A stretch of DNA of 64,000 bases. Origin: Thermoanaerobaculia bacterium (GTDB lineage Bacteria > Acidobacteriota > Thermoanaerobaculia > Multivoradales > Multivoraceae). Below the pieces are notes generated by a model. That model ran no database searches and had not been told where the DNA came from. It saw nothing but the letters and a program-made list of their open reading frames with translations. The DNA lies in NCBI GenBank assembly GCA_022826745.1, contig JAJDUI010000006.1, positions 71,015 to 135,014 of the forward strand, given 5' to 3'. Shown one piece after another: positions 16,511 to 25,342 of the stretch; the stretch's first letter is position 1; the number at the start of each line of letters is the position of its first letter. Made by a program: the position numbers and the translations under genes.

Positions 16511-18514
16511 TCACGGATCGGGCGCGTCGTACCAGATCGGGGATGTCCAGGCGCGTTCCTGGATGCGCCACGGCTGGTCCGGGTCGGCGCAGGCGGCCGG
16601 GCGCTCGTCTTCGGGCAGGGCGATGCACTGGAGTGCGTTCCAGCGGCAGCTCGGGTTCTCGAGCACCCGGGCGTAGTAGACGGCCGAACGCGACGCGTCG
16701 AACTCGGGATCGGTCCACGTGGCGCAGAGGGAGGCGGCGCCGTCGCCGCTTCGTTCGCAGGTCGACCTGGAGACGTCGGCGCCGTTGCCCGGGTCGCCGG
16801 CGACGTCGAAGACGCGCTCGTGGAACAGGCCGTCGTCGCCGACCCAGCCCTTGATGATCTGGATCCGCTGCAGGGGCGTGCCCGGGTGTTCGGCGGTGCC
16901 GAGGTCGGCGATGGCCGATACGAACAGCGTCGGCGCCCCGGAACTGTCGCCGCCCGGCAGCACGTTGCCCATCGGCGTCGCGTTCTCGTAGGCGTCGGCG
17001 ATCATGTCGTTGCTGGAGCAGAGGTCGGGGAGGTCCCAGCCGCCGAACAGCCGCGCCTTGATCCGCACACCGCTGGTGCCGAACGTCTCCTTGCGCAGCA
17101 TCGCGTCGAACAGGGAGTCGCGTGAGTTCTCCTCGGCCCAGATGCCGATCAGGCCGCCGGGGTTTCGGAGCCGGTGGGGGGCGTATGCGGGCGTGGTGAG
17201 CCGCTTCTCGAGGTCCGAGTCGACGTTCGCGTTCTGGCCCTGGTAGTCGTACTCGTCCGTGTCGCCCGCGAGGCCGTTGTGGCCGTCGGTCGAGGCGGTG
17301 ATCCCGAACTGCATCGGGTTGACGCCCAGGCGCTCCTCCTGGGCCATCCCCTCGATCAGCGCGTAGCGCACGAAGTCGAGCCGCGACTGGCAGCCCTGGC
17401 CGCGCAGCCCGCCGGCGCCGGTGCCGTCCTCGCAGTCGGGCGGCCGTTCGCCGTCGATGTAGCGCACCTTCTCGAAGTCGCAGAACTCGTCCTCTCCGCC
17501 GACCACGCCCCACATGCCGCGCCGGCACTCGGAGTCGCCCTTCGCCTGCATGATCTCGACCAGGGCGTCCATCTCGGCCTGGAGGGTCGCCTGCGCCCGC
17601 TGCTCGTCGATGGGAGCGCCGCCCCAGTCGAGGTTGAACATCTGTCCGTTCGAGATATTCGGGTTGTGCGGGATGGTCAGCGCCTGGCAGCCGGTGCCGG
17701 TGTCGTTGCAGCGGCTCTTGAGCCGTGTCCAGAGGTCCAGCGGCCGGTCGGCGTCCATCCAGGAGATCGGCAGCTCCGGCGCGATCTCGTTGCGCAGGAT
17801 GACGTTGCGGTGGACCTTGGAGGCGCCCGGACTGCGGGTGTACTCCCAGCCGTGGAACGTCGTGAAGGAGCAGTCGCTCGACCGGTCGTAGTGCTGTTCG
17901 GCTGCGTCCTGGGTCAGGCCCCAGGCGGTGAGCAGGCCTGCGCGGCACCGGCTCGTGTCCTCGCCGCACAGGCCGGGTACGCGGCCTGTGATCCGGTGGT
18001 CGAACCAGGCGGCGCGCTCCTCGGCGGTGCTTCCCGGCCGCATCCCGCGGCAGGCCGGTTCGTCGTAGAGGGGCGAGGACGGGTCGGTGCAGAGGGAGAC
18101 TTCGCCCAGCCACTCCGCGTGGTCGGCAACGGCAGCGAAGTCGAGCGGGCGGACGAGCTGGGCGACGCGCGTCGGTTGTCCCGCGTCGTCGAGCGGACCG
18201 AGCGCCAGCGCTTCGCCCCGAGCGAAGCGGTAGGCGTCGTCCGGGGTCTGGAAGGCGCCCCGGCCCAGAGCGTCCAGGGAGAAAGCGGTGTGGGTGTGCA
18301 GATCCCCGAAGAAGGCCTGGCGCAGCGGATCGTGGTTCGCGCATGGCTGTCGCGAAACGAGTTCGCTCGCCTCGGCCGGAGCGCTCGGCGGGCTCCACTC
18401 CTGGGTGACGTAGACCGGGCGCGTGGGCTCGGGCTGCTCGTCCGCTCCTGGGTCACCGGCCTGGCACGCCAGAGCGGTGACGGCGGCGAGGGCGAGAAAC
18501 CGGTGCAGCCTCAT
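16511..18514 (-). CDS. DUF3604-like secreted or lipoprotein (PHP-like metal-dependent phosphoesterase-like; function unknown).
   Basis: The 667-aa protein has a lipoprotein-type signal LALAAVTALACQAG and a GDLHTHTAFSLDA motif reminiscent of PHP-domain metal sites. The DUF3604 family assignment is from memory. Confidence 0.65.
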   Translation of the reverse strand: MRLHRFLALAAVTALACQAGDPGADEQPEPTRPVYVTQEWSPPSAPAEASELVSRQPCANHDPLRQAFFGDLHTHTAFSLDALGRGAFQTPDDAYRFARGEALALGPLDDAGQPTRVAQLVRPLDFAAVADHAEWLGEVSLCTDPSSPLYDEPACRGMRPGSTAEERAAWFDHRITGRVPGLCGEDTSRCRAGLLTAWGLTQDAAEQHYDRSSDCSFTTFHGWEYTRSPGASKVHRNVILRNEIAPELPISWMDADRPLDLWTRLKSRCNDTGTGCQALTIPHNPNISNGQMFNLDWGGAPIDEQRAQATLQAEMDALVEIMQAKGDSECRRGMWGVVGGEDEFCDFEKVRYIDGERPPDCEDGTGAGGLRGQGCQSRLDFVRYALIEGMAQEERLGVNPMQFGITASTDGHNGLAGDTDEYDYQGQNANVDSDLEKRLTTPAYAPHRLRNPGGLIGIWAEENSRDSLFDAMLRKETFGTSGVRIKARLFGGWDLPDLCSSNDMIADAYENATPMGNVLPGGDSSGAPTLFVSAIADLGTAEHPGTPLQRIQIIKGWVGDDGLFHERVFDVAGDPGNGADVSRSTCERSGDGAASLCATWTDPEFDASRSAVYYARVLENPSCRWNALQCIALPEDERPAACADPDQPWRIQERAWTSPIWYDAPDP

Positions 18515-18579
18515 GGGACTACCTCCTCGATCTGTTGGGGAGAAGCCCGGAAACTAGCACGCCGTTTGACGAGTCGAAC

Positions 18580-18654
18580 TGGAGCCGACGAGCGGATTTG
18601 AACCGCTGACCTGCTGATTACGAATCAGCTGCTCTGCCACTGAGCTACGTCGGC
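18580..18654 (-). tRNA. tRNA-Thr (anticodon CGU) with an encoded 3' CCA.
   Basis: The reverse complement GCCGACGTAGCTCAGTGGCAGAGCAGCTGATTCGTAATCAGCAGGTCAGCGGTTCAAATCCGCTCGTCGGCTCCA folds into a cloverleaf with a 7-bp acceptor, D-arm GCTC/GAGC, anticodon loop TTCGTAA and T-arm AGCGG/CCGCT. Coordinates are +/-2 nt. Confidence 0.85.
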
Positions 18655-18817
18655 ATGACCGGGTGAGACTCGCCGGTCGCGGCGCGAGGACGCCGGAGTG
18701 TAGCAGCGGTTGACTCGGCCGGCGTGCACCGGGATACCCTGCCGCGAGGTTGGTGCCCAGCCGATGACGGTCCAGCAATTCCCCAGAGCGCCGGGTCCGC
18801 CGCCCGGACGTGGTGGC

Positions 18818-20113
18818 ATGTGGGAGTCGCTGCGGATACCCCAGTTCCGCTGGCTCTACCTGTCGAACACGACCTTCTTCCTGGCCATGCAGGGCCAGTT
18901 GGTTGTCCGTTCCTGGCTCGTTTTCTCCCTGACCGGCAGCGAGTTCGCGCTGGGGCTGGTCAGCCTGATGGTGGCGCTGTCGATGCTCAGCCTGGGGCCG
19001 GTCGGAGGGGTTGCGGCCGACCGCTTCGAACGCAGGGGCCTGGTTGCCGCCGGGCAGGCGACGGTCGTAGTTGCCGAGGTGATCGTGCTTTCCCTGCTTC
19101 TGAGCGGGAATCTCGATTACTGGCACATCCTGGTCCAGGTGACGGTGGTGGGCGCGGTCTTCCCCTTCGTCATGCCGGCGAGAAACGCCATCGTCGCCGA
19201 CGTGGTGGGCCGGCGCCGGCTGACGAACGCGATGGCGCTGAGCATGACCGCGGTCAACGTGACCAGGGTCGTCGGGCCGGCGGTGGGCGGCTTCCTGATC
19301 TGGGCCGCGGGCGTCAACGTCGCGTACTCGATCAACACCGGCCTCTATGCGCTCGCCCTTGCGGGCATGCTGGGAGTCCATCGGGCGCCGGTGGCCGACC
19401 CCTCGAAGCACTCGATGCTCCAGAACATGGGGCAGGGCTTCCGGTACGTGGCGGAGAACCGGCTGGTCCTCGTCCTGTTGTTCTTCGGGCTCGTGCCGAT
19501 GTTCCTGGTCATGCCTTTCCAGACCCTGCTCGTCGTCTTTGCCGAGGACATCTGGCAGGTGGGCGCGGGCGGCCTTGGAGCGTTGAGCGGAGCCGCGGGT
19601 GTCGGCGGCGTACTGGGGGCCGCGTTCGTGGCGTGGCGGTCCTACTCGACCCGCCGGCTCCGGTTGATGATGACCAGCGTCTTCGCGTTCGGCCTGTTCA
19701 TGATGGGTTTCGCGCTCAGTCCGTGGTTCTGGCTGGGCCTGCCTCTGGTGCTGGCGGGTTCGGCCTTCCAGGCGATCTACACGACGCTGAACAACACGGC
19801 GATCCATGTCCTGATCCCGGATTCGGTACGGGGTCGCGTGTCCGGTTTCCTGACGATGTCGTTCTCGCTGCCGATGCTCGGCGTGGCGCCGATCAGCGCC
19901 CTGGCCGAGGTCTGGGGAGCGCCGGTCGCTGTGGGGTTGGCTTCGCTGCTCGCCGTCGTGGTCGCGATCGTGTTCTACCTTGCGAGTTCCGACCTGCGGC
20001 GGATGGACCTGTTGATCCGGAAGGCGTTCAGGGCTGCGGCGCGAGCGGATGCCGAACTGGCGGTGAAGCGGGAGGCACCGGCGCCGGCGGCCACTCGCGG
20101 AGCGGTTCGCTGA
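18818..20113 (+). CDS. MFS transporter (EntS/enterobactin-exporter-like family).
   Basis: Twelve TM-like hydrophobic segments are present and FRWLYLSNTTFFLAMQG resembles MFS N-termini. The start was chosen at ATG 18818; the track ORF starts at 18710. Confidence 0.8.
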   Translation: MWESLRIPQFRWLYLSNTTFFLAMQGQLVVRSWLVFSLTGSEFALGLVSLMVALSMLSLGPVGGVAADRFERRGLVAAGQATVVVAEVIVLSLLLSGNLDYWHILVQVTVVGAVFPFVMPARNAIVADVVGRRRLTNAMALSMTAVNVTRVVGPAVGGFLIWAAGVNVAYSINTGLYALALAGMLGVHRAPVADPSKHSMLQNMGQGFRYVAENRLVLVLLFFGLVPMFLVMPFQTLLVVFAEDIWQVGAGGLGALSGAAGVGGVLGAAFVAWRSYSTRRLRLMMTSVFAFGLFMMGFALSPWFWLGLPLVLAGSAFQAIYTTLNNTAIHVLIPDSVRGRVSGFLTMSFSLPMLGVAPISALAEVWGAPVAVGLASLLAVVVAIVFYLASSDLRRMDLLIRKAFRAAARADAELAVKREAPAPAATRGAVR

Positions 20114-20141
20114 GGACGCAGCAGGCAGCAGGAGGTACTCG

Positions 20142-20768
20142 ATGCTGATCACGATCTCGAGGCAGTACGCGTCCGGCGGCACCCAGGTCGCGAAGCTGGT
20201 GGCGGAGCGGCTCGGGTGGCGGTTGGTCGGCAACTCTCTGATCGACGAGGTGGCGGAGCGCGCCGGTGTCCCGCCCGAGGAAGTCCAAGCGCGCGAGGAC
20301 CGCCCGCCGGGTTTCATCGAGCGGCTGGCCCGGGTCGCCAGTGCCCAGCTTCCGGACCTGTTCCTGCCGGCGCCGCCGATCGGCCAGCCGATTGGCGAAG
20401 GCAACCTGGTCCGCGTTACCCGGAGCGTCGTCTGCGAGATGGCCGGCGAGGGCCCCTGCGTGTTCGTGGGCCGGGCATCGGCGGCGGTCCTGGCCTGGCG
20501 TGAGGACGCGCTTCATGCCCGGCTGGTGGCCGGGCCCGAGTTCAGGAGGCGAGTCGCCGTCGAGGTGATGGGCGTCCCCGAGAAGGAAGCCGATGCGGTC
20601 GTCGCCCGGCGGGACATGAACCGGATTCGCTACCACCGCGAGTACTACGCCCGGGACTGCGATGACCCTCGACACTACGACCTCGTCCTCAACACCGAGC
20701 GACTCGGCTTCCCGGGCGCCGCGGAGCAGATCGTCCACCGGGCGCAGGCTCTCGGTTGGGCCGACTGA
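20142..20768 (+). CDS. Cytidylate-kinase-like family protein (AAA/P-loop-less Cytidylate_kin2-type).
   Basis: MLITISRQYASGGTQVAKLVAERLGW... is typical of the Cytidylate_kin2 family. Confidence 0.65.
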   Translation: MLITISRQYASGGTQVAKLVAERLGWRLVGNSLIDEVAERAGVPPEEVQAREDRPPGFIERLARVASAQLPDLFLPAPPIGQPIGEGNLVRVTRSVVCEMAGEGPCVFVGRASAAVLAWREDALHARLVAGPEFRRRVAVEVMGVPEKEADAVVARRDMNRIRYHREYYARDCDDPRHYDLVLNTERLGFPGAAEQIVHRAQALGWAD

Positions 20769-20806
20769 GTACTCTCACGGGACAACCGAGAGAAGGAGGA
20801 GTGGAC

Positions 20807-21841
20807 ATGAGCCGATCCATCAGGACCGTTCCGGGCGTGCTCGCCGCGGTGCTCCTGGCCGGAGGCCTGGCTGCCGGGGAACAGGTCATCGAGACGGAAA
20901 CCCACCGCTTCGAGGAGGTGGCGGAAGGGGTCTACTTCGTCTCCGGGACCGGCGCCATGGTCACGCGCAGCAACGCGATGGTCGTCGTGACCGAAGAGGG
21001 CGTCCTGGTCGTCGACTCCCACATCACGCCGGCCGCGGGTCGGGCGTTGATCGAGGGCATCGCGCAGATCACGGACAAGCCGATCCGCACCCTGGTCAAC
21101 ACGCACTTCCACTACGACCACGCCCACGGCAATCAGGCGTTCGGCCCCGGCGTGCGGGTCGTCGGGCATGAGTACACGCGCCACAAGATGACGACGGCGC
21201 CGCTCGAGGAGCACACCTTCAAGGGTTCTTCAGAGCGCGACAGGCAGGCGCTGGAGGAGATGCGGGCGGCCCTGGAGACGGCTTCCGACGAGGAGCGGGA
21301 GGCGTTGGAGACGCAGATCAGCATCCAGGCCGCCCACGTCGCGTCGACCGCCGAGATCGACCCGGTGCCGCCCGACACGACGCTGTCGGACAAGATGACC
21401 TTCTTTCGCGGCGGTCGGGAGATCGAACTCCACTTCCTGGGCCGCGCTCACACCGGCGGCGACGTCGTCGTCTACCTGCCCGCGGACCGGCTGGTGTTCA
21501 CCGGCGACATGATGCTCGGCGGCCCGCCGTGGCCGGGGGACGGCTGGGTCAACGAGTGGCCGGCGACCCTGGAACGGCTGAAACAGCTCGACTTCGACCT
21601 CATCCTGCCCGGCCACGGCCCGTACTTCCGTGATCGCGAGCTGATCGACCATGTCCAGGTCTTCCACAGGGAGCTCTGGGAGGTCGTGTCCGCGCTGCAT
21701 GCCGAGGGCGTGTCAGCGGAGGACGCGGTGGAGCGCATCGACCTGTCGCATCACGCGGAGAACCTGCCGCCGGCGCGGGTCCGGGTGGACCTCCGCGGGG
21801 TCCAGCGGATGTACATGGTGCTGGACGGGACGGCCGAATAG
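20807..21841 (+). CDS. MBL-fold metallo-hydrolase, secreted.
   Basis: The HFHYDHAHG (HxHxDH) zinc-binding motif and a signal peptide MSRSIRTVPGVLAAVLLAGGLAAG are present. The start was trimmed to ATG 20807. Confidence 0.8.
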   Translation: MSRSIRTVPGVLAAVLLAGGLAAGEQVIETETHRFEEVAEGVYFVSGTGAMVTRSNAMVVVTEEGVLVVDSHITPAAGRALIEGIAQITDKPIRTLVNTHFHYDHAHGNQAFGPGVRVVGHEYTRHKMTTAPLEEHTFKGSSERDRQALEEMRAALETASDEEREALETQISIQAAHVASTAEIDPVPPDTTLSDKMTFFRGGREIELHFLGRAHTGGDVVVYLPADRLVFTGDMMLGGPPWPGDGWVNEWPATLERLKQLDFDLILPGHGPYFRDRELIDHVQVFHRELWEVVSALHAEGVSAEDAVERIDLSHHAENLPPARVRVDLRGVQRMYMVLDGTAE

Positions 21842-21879
21842 AGCCCGTCGCCCATTGCCCGGCTCCCGGGCCCGGGCGG

Positions 21880-24800
21880 CTACCAGGTGTCGATGTAGGG
21901 CCGCTTCTTGCCGGTTCGGGGCGGCGGCTTGGGCAGGCGCTTCATGCTCTCCGCGATCCAGGAACGGGTCTCCGCCGGGTCGATCACGTCGTCGAGACCG
22001 CCGCCGGCTGCGGCATTGACGGCCTTGGCGCGCTCGTACGACGCCTCGACCCTTCGCTCGAACTCGAGGCGGCGCTCTTCCGGATCCTCGATCGCGGCAA
22101 GCTCCTTCCGGTAGCCGAGCTTGACCGCGCCCTCGATGTTCATGCCGGCGAACTCGGCTGTCGGCCAGCCGACAGTGAAGAAACCGACCAGCGCGCTCGC
22201 GCCGCACATCGCCTGCACGCCGAGGCCGTAGGCCTTGCGGACGACGACGCCGAACAGGGGCACGGAGAGATTGGCGCCGGTGTTGAACATGCGCGCGCAG
22301 TGGCGGACCAGGGCGGTCTTTTCGTGGTCCGGCCCGACCATGATTCCGGGGCAGTCCATCAGGCTCAGCACGGGGATGTCGAAGGCGTCGCAGAGCTGCA
22401 GGAAGCGGGCCCCCTTGTCGGAGCCGTCCGAGTCGATCGCGCCGGCCAGGTGGTGCGGGTTGTTCGCGATGACTCCCATCGGCCTGCCCTCGACCCGGAT
22501 GAACGCCGTGATCACGCCGATCCCGAACTTCGGCCGGATCTCGAGCACGGAGCCGACATCGGCGATCGTGTGGACGATCTCCTGCATGTCGTAGAGACGA
22601 AGCCGGTTCTCCGGGACCACGTGGCGCAGCGGCCGCTGGTCGTGGGCTTCCCAGTCGGAAGTCGGACCCTGGAAGTAGGAGAGGTACTTCTTCGCCACGT
22701 CGACCGCTTCTTCCTCGTCCTCGACCAGGATGTCGACGACGCCGTTCGGCACCTGAAAGGACATCGGGCCGACTTCCTCGGGCGTGTAGATGCCCAGGCC
22801 GCCGCCCTCGATCATGGCGGGACCACCCATCGCGATCGTCGACGCTTTGGTGGCGATGATCACGTCGCAGCAGGCGAGCAGGGCCGTGTTGCCGGCGAAG
22901 CAGCGGCCGTTGTTCACGCCGACCAGCGGAATGAGGCCGGAGAGCTTGGAGAACTGCGTGAAGGTGTAGGTGTCGAACGCGACGCGGGGACCCGTGTAGT
23001 CGTCGCCCGGCCGGCCGCCGCCGCCTTCCGTGAAGAAGATGAGCGGCAGCATGTAGCGGTTCGCCAGGTCGAACAGGCGGTCCTGCTTGTAGTGGTTGCG
23101 ACCGCCCTGGGTGCCGGCGAGGACCGTGTAGTCGTAGGAGAGCACCATCGCCCGTGACCTCTCGTCGTCGAAGAGGTCGCCGTTGATCGACGCGGTGCCG
23201 GCGACCACGCCGTCGGCCGGCGTGTACTCGCGCAGCTTCTCGTCGCTGAACTTCTGGTGCTGGCGGGCCACGATCAGCGGCCAGTACTCCTTGAAGGACC
23301 CTGAGTCGACCAGTTGCTCGATGTTCTCGCGGGGCGTCCGGAAGCCGAACCGGCGGCGACGGGCGACCGCCTCCGGCCGGTTCTCGTCCAGGGTGTAGGC
23401 GTGGCGCTGGATGTTCTCCTCCAGGTCGGGCCGGATGTAGTCCGGATCGATCTCGACGGCGGCGTCCGCCGCCTCGCCGCCCTCGGCCCCTTCGACGAGG
23501 ACGAGGGGATAGCCCTCCCGGATCGTGTCGCCGGCGGCCATCGTGACCCGAAGCACCGTTCCGCTCGTGTCGGAGCGGAGTACGTGCTCCATCTTCATCG
23601 CCTCGATCACGGCGACCTGCTGGCCACGCAGGACCTCTTCGCCTTCCTCGACGTCGATGCTGACGATCGTGCCCTGGATCGGCGCGGCAATTCCCGTGGC
23701 GCCTTCGGCGCCGTCCGCCGGCACGGGCGAGGTGCCGGCATCGTCCATCCGTTCCGGTTGCGCGGCCTTCGTCTCCTGGTCGTAGGCGAACAGGGCCAGG
23801 GGATCGGCCTTATCGACGCGGGCGCCAGCGAAGCCGCTCTCACGGGCGCTGTCTTCGGCGGAGGGGGCTTGGCCGCCGGCGCCAGGATCGGCGGCCGGGA
23901 CGAAGCGGGGCCTGCGGCCGTTGGAGGCCGCCGCCGCCAGATCCCCGGCGTTGTCGTCCAGCCAGCGTGTGTAGAGGCGACCGGCCTCGAAGTCCGGATG
24001 GGCGAGGACGCTCTGGAGCCAGGGGATGTTCGTCGAGGGTCCGCCGATACGGAACTCGTCGAGGGCTCGGGAGGCCCGCTTGACGCTGGCGGCGAAGTCG
24101 TCCGAAGGCGAGTGGGCGATCACCTTCGCGAGCAGCGAGTCGAACGCGGGGTTCGGCTCGTAGCCGGCGTAGCCGCAGCCGTCGACTCGCACGCCGGGGC
24201 CGCTCGGTGGTTCGTAAGCCGCGAGGACGCCGGACGAGGGCCGCACATTGCCATCGGCGTCCAGGGTCTCCAGGTTGACCCGGGCCTGGATCGCGAAGCC
24301 GCGCGTCCGACGTGCGGCCGGGTCGTCGAGTTCGAGGTCCGCGAGCGACTCGCCGCGGGCCACGCGCAGTTGAGCCTGCACCAGGTCCACGCCGGTCACG
24401 GCCTCGGTCACCGTGTGCTCGACCTGGAGGCGTGCGTTCGTTTCGATGAAGGCGAAGCGGCCGGCGCCGCCATTGGCTCCGCCCGCGCCGTCGCCTGCAT
24501 CGACCAGGAACTCGAAGGTCCCGAGACTGCTGTACCTGGCGGCGCCGCCCAGGCGCAGCGCCGCGTCGACGATCGCCTGGCGGACCTCTGGCCCGAGGTT
24601 CGGCGCCGGCGCCGTTTCGACCACCTTCTGGTGCCGGCGCTGGGCGCTGCACTCACGCTCTCCGAAGTCGACCAGGCCGCCGACTTCGTCGCCGAGGAGC
24701 TGGACCTCGATGTGACGGGCCCGCGGGAGGAGTTCCTCGACGTAGAGACGACCGTTGCCGAAAGCGCGTTCGGCTTCGGAACCGCAGCGTTCATAGGCCT

Positions 24801-25332
24801 GGTCGATGTCGCCGGCCGCCGTCACGATGCGAGCCCCGCGCCCGCCGCCGCCGCCGAGCGCCTTGATGATCATTGCTCCGTTCTTGCCGAGGGCGGCGAA
24901 GAACTCGCGTGTTTCCTCCAGGGTGGTCGTATGGTCCGTGCCCCGCAGCACGGGCACGTCCGCGGCGCTCGCGGCCGTACGCGCCCGGCCCTTGTCGCCG
25001 AACAGCTCCAGGACCTCCGGCCGCGGGCCGACGAAGGTGATGCCGGCCTCCGCGCAGGCGGCGGCGAAGTCGGCGTTCTCGGCCAGGAAGCCGTAGCCCG
25101 GATGGATCGCGTCGCAGTTCGCGTCGGCCGCCCTTGCGACCACGTCCTCGATGTCGAGGTAGGCCCGCACTCCGCGGCCGCCGAGTGCTACGGCCTCGTC
25201 GGCGATCCGCAGGTGGAGTCCGTTGGCATCGTCCTCGGAGTAGATGGCGACGGTAGCGATACCGAGATCCATCGCCGCGCGGGCGACTCGTACCGCGATT
25301 TCGCCGCGGTTGGCGATCAGGAGGCGGCGCAT
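21880..25332 (-). CDS. Single-chain multidomain acyl-CoA carboxylase with the domain order biotin carboxylase - biotin carboxyl carrier - carboxyltransferase.
   Basis: The N-terminus MRRLLIANRGEIAVRVARAA is a biotin-carboxylase N-terminus. An EAMKM biotinylation motif lies mid-protein. The C-terminal roughly 500 aa are PccB/AccD5-like carboxyltransferase. The start was trimmed to ATG 25332, which is 10 nt from the upstream ATPase gene. Confidence 0.85.
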   Translation of the reverse strand: MRRLLIANRGEIAVRVARAAMDLGIATVAIYSEDDANGLHLRIADEAVALGGRGVRAYLDIEDVVARAADANCDAIHPGYGFLAENADFAAACAEAGITFVGPRPEVLELFGDKGRARTAASAADVPVLRGTDHTTTLEETREFFAALGKNGAMIIKALGGGGGRGARIVTAAGDIDQAYERCGSEAERAFGNGRLYVEELLPRARHIEVQLLGDEVGGLVDFGERECSAQRRHQKVVETAPAPNLGPEVRQAIVDAALRLGGAARYSSLGTFEFLVDAGDGAGGANGGAGRFAFIETNARLQVEHTVTEAVTGVDLVQAQLRVARGESLADLELDDPAARRTRGFAIQARVNLETLDADGNVRPSSGVLAAYEPPSGPGVRVDGCGYAGYEPNPAFDSLLAKVIAHSPSDDFAASVKRASRALDEFRIGGPSTNIPWLQSVLAHPDFEAGRLYTRWLDDNAGDLAAAASNGRRPRFVPAADPGAGGQAPSAEDSARESGFAGARVDKADPLALFAYDQETKAAQPERMDDAGTSPVPADGAEGATGIAAPIQGTIVSIDVEEGEEVLRGQQVAVIEAMKMEHVLRSDTSGTVLRVTMAAGDTIREGYPLVLVEGAEGGEAADAAVEIDPDYIRPDLEENIQRHAYTLDENRPEAVARRRRFGFRTPRENIEQLVDSGSFKEYWPLIVARQHQKFSDEKLREYTPADGVVAGTASINGDLFDDERSRAMVLSYDYTVLAGTQGGRNHYKQDRLFDLANRYMLPLIFFTEGGGGRPGDDYTGPRVAFDTYTFTQFSKLSGLIPLVGVNNGRCFAGNTALLACCDVIIATKASTIAMGGPAMIEGGGLGIYTPEEVGPMSFQVPNGVVDILVEDEEEAVDVAKKYLSYFQGPTSDWEAHDQRPLRHVVPENRLRLYDMQEIVHTIADVGSVLEIRPKFGIGVITAFIRVEGRPMGVIANNPHHLAGAIDSDGSDKGARFLQLCDAFDIPVLSLMDCPGIMVGPDHEKTALVRHCARMFNTGANLSVPLFGVVVRKAYGLGVQAMCGASALVGFFTVGWPTAEFAGMNIEGAVKLGYRKELAAIEDPEERRLEFERRVEASYERAKAVNAAAGGGLDDVIDPAETRSWIAESMKRLPKPPPRTGKKRPYIDTW

Positions 25333-25342
25333 CGGGCGGTGA

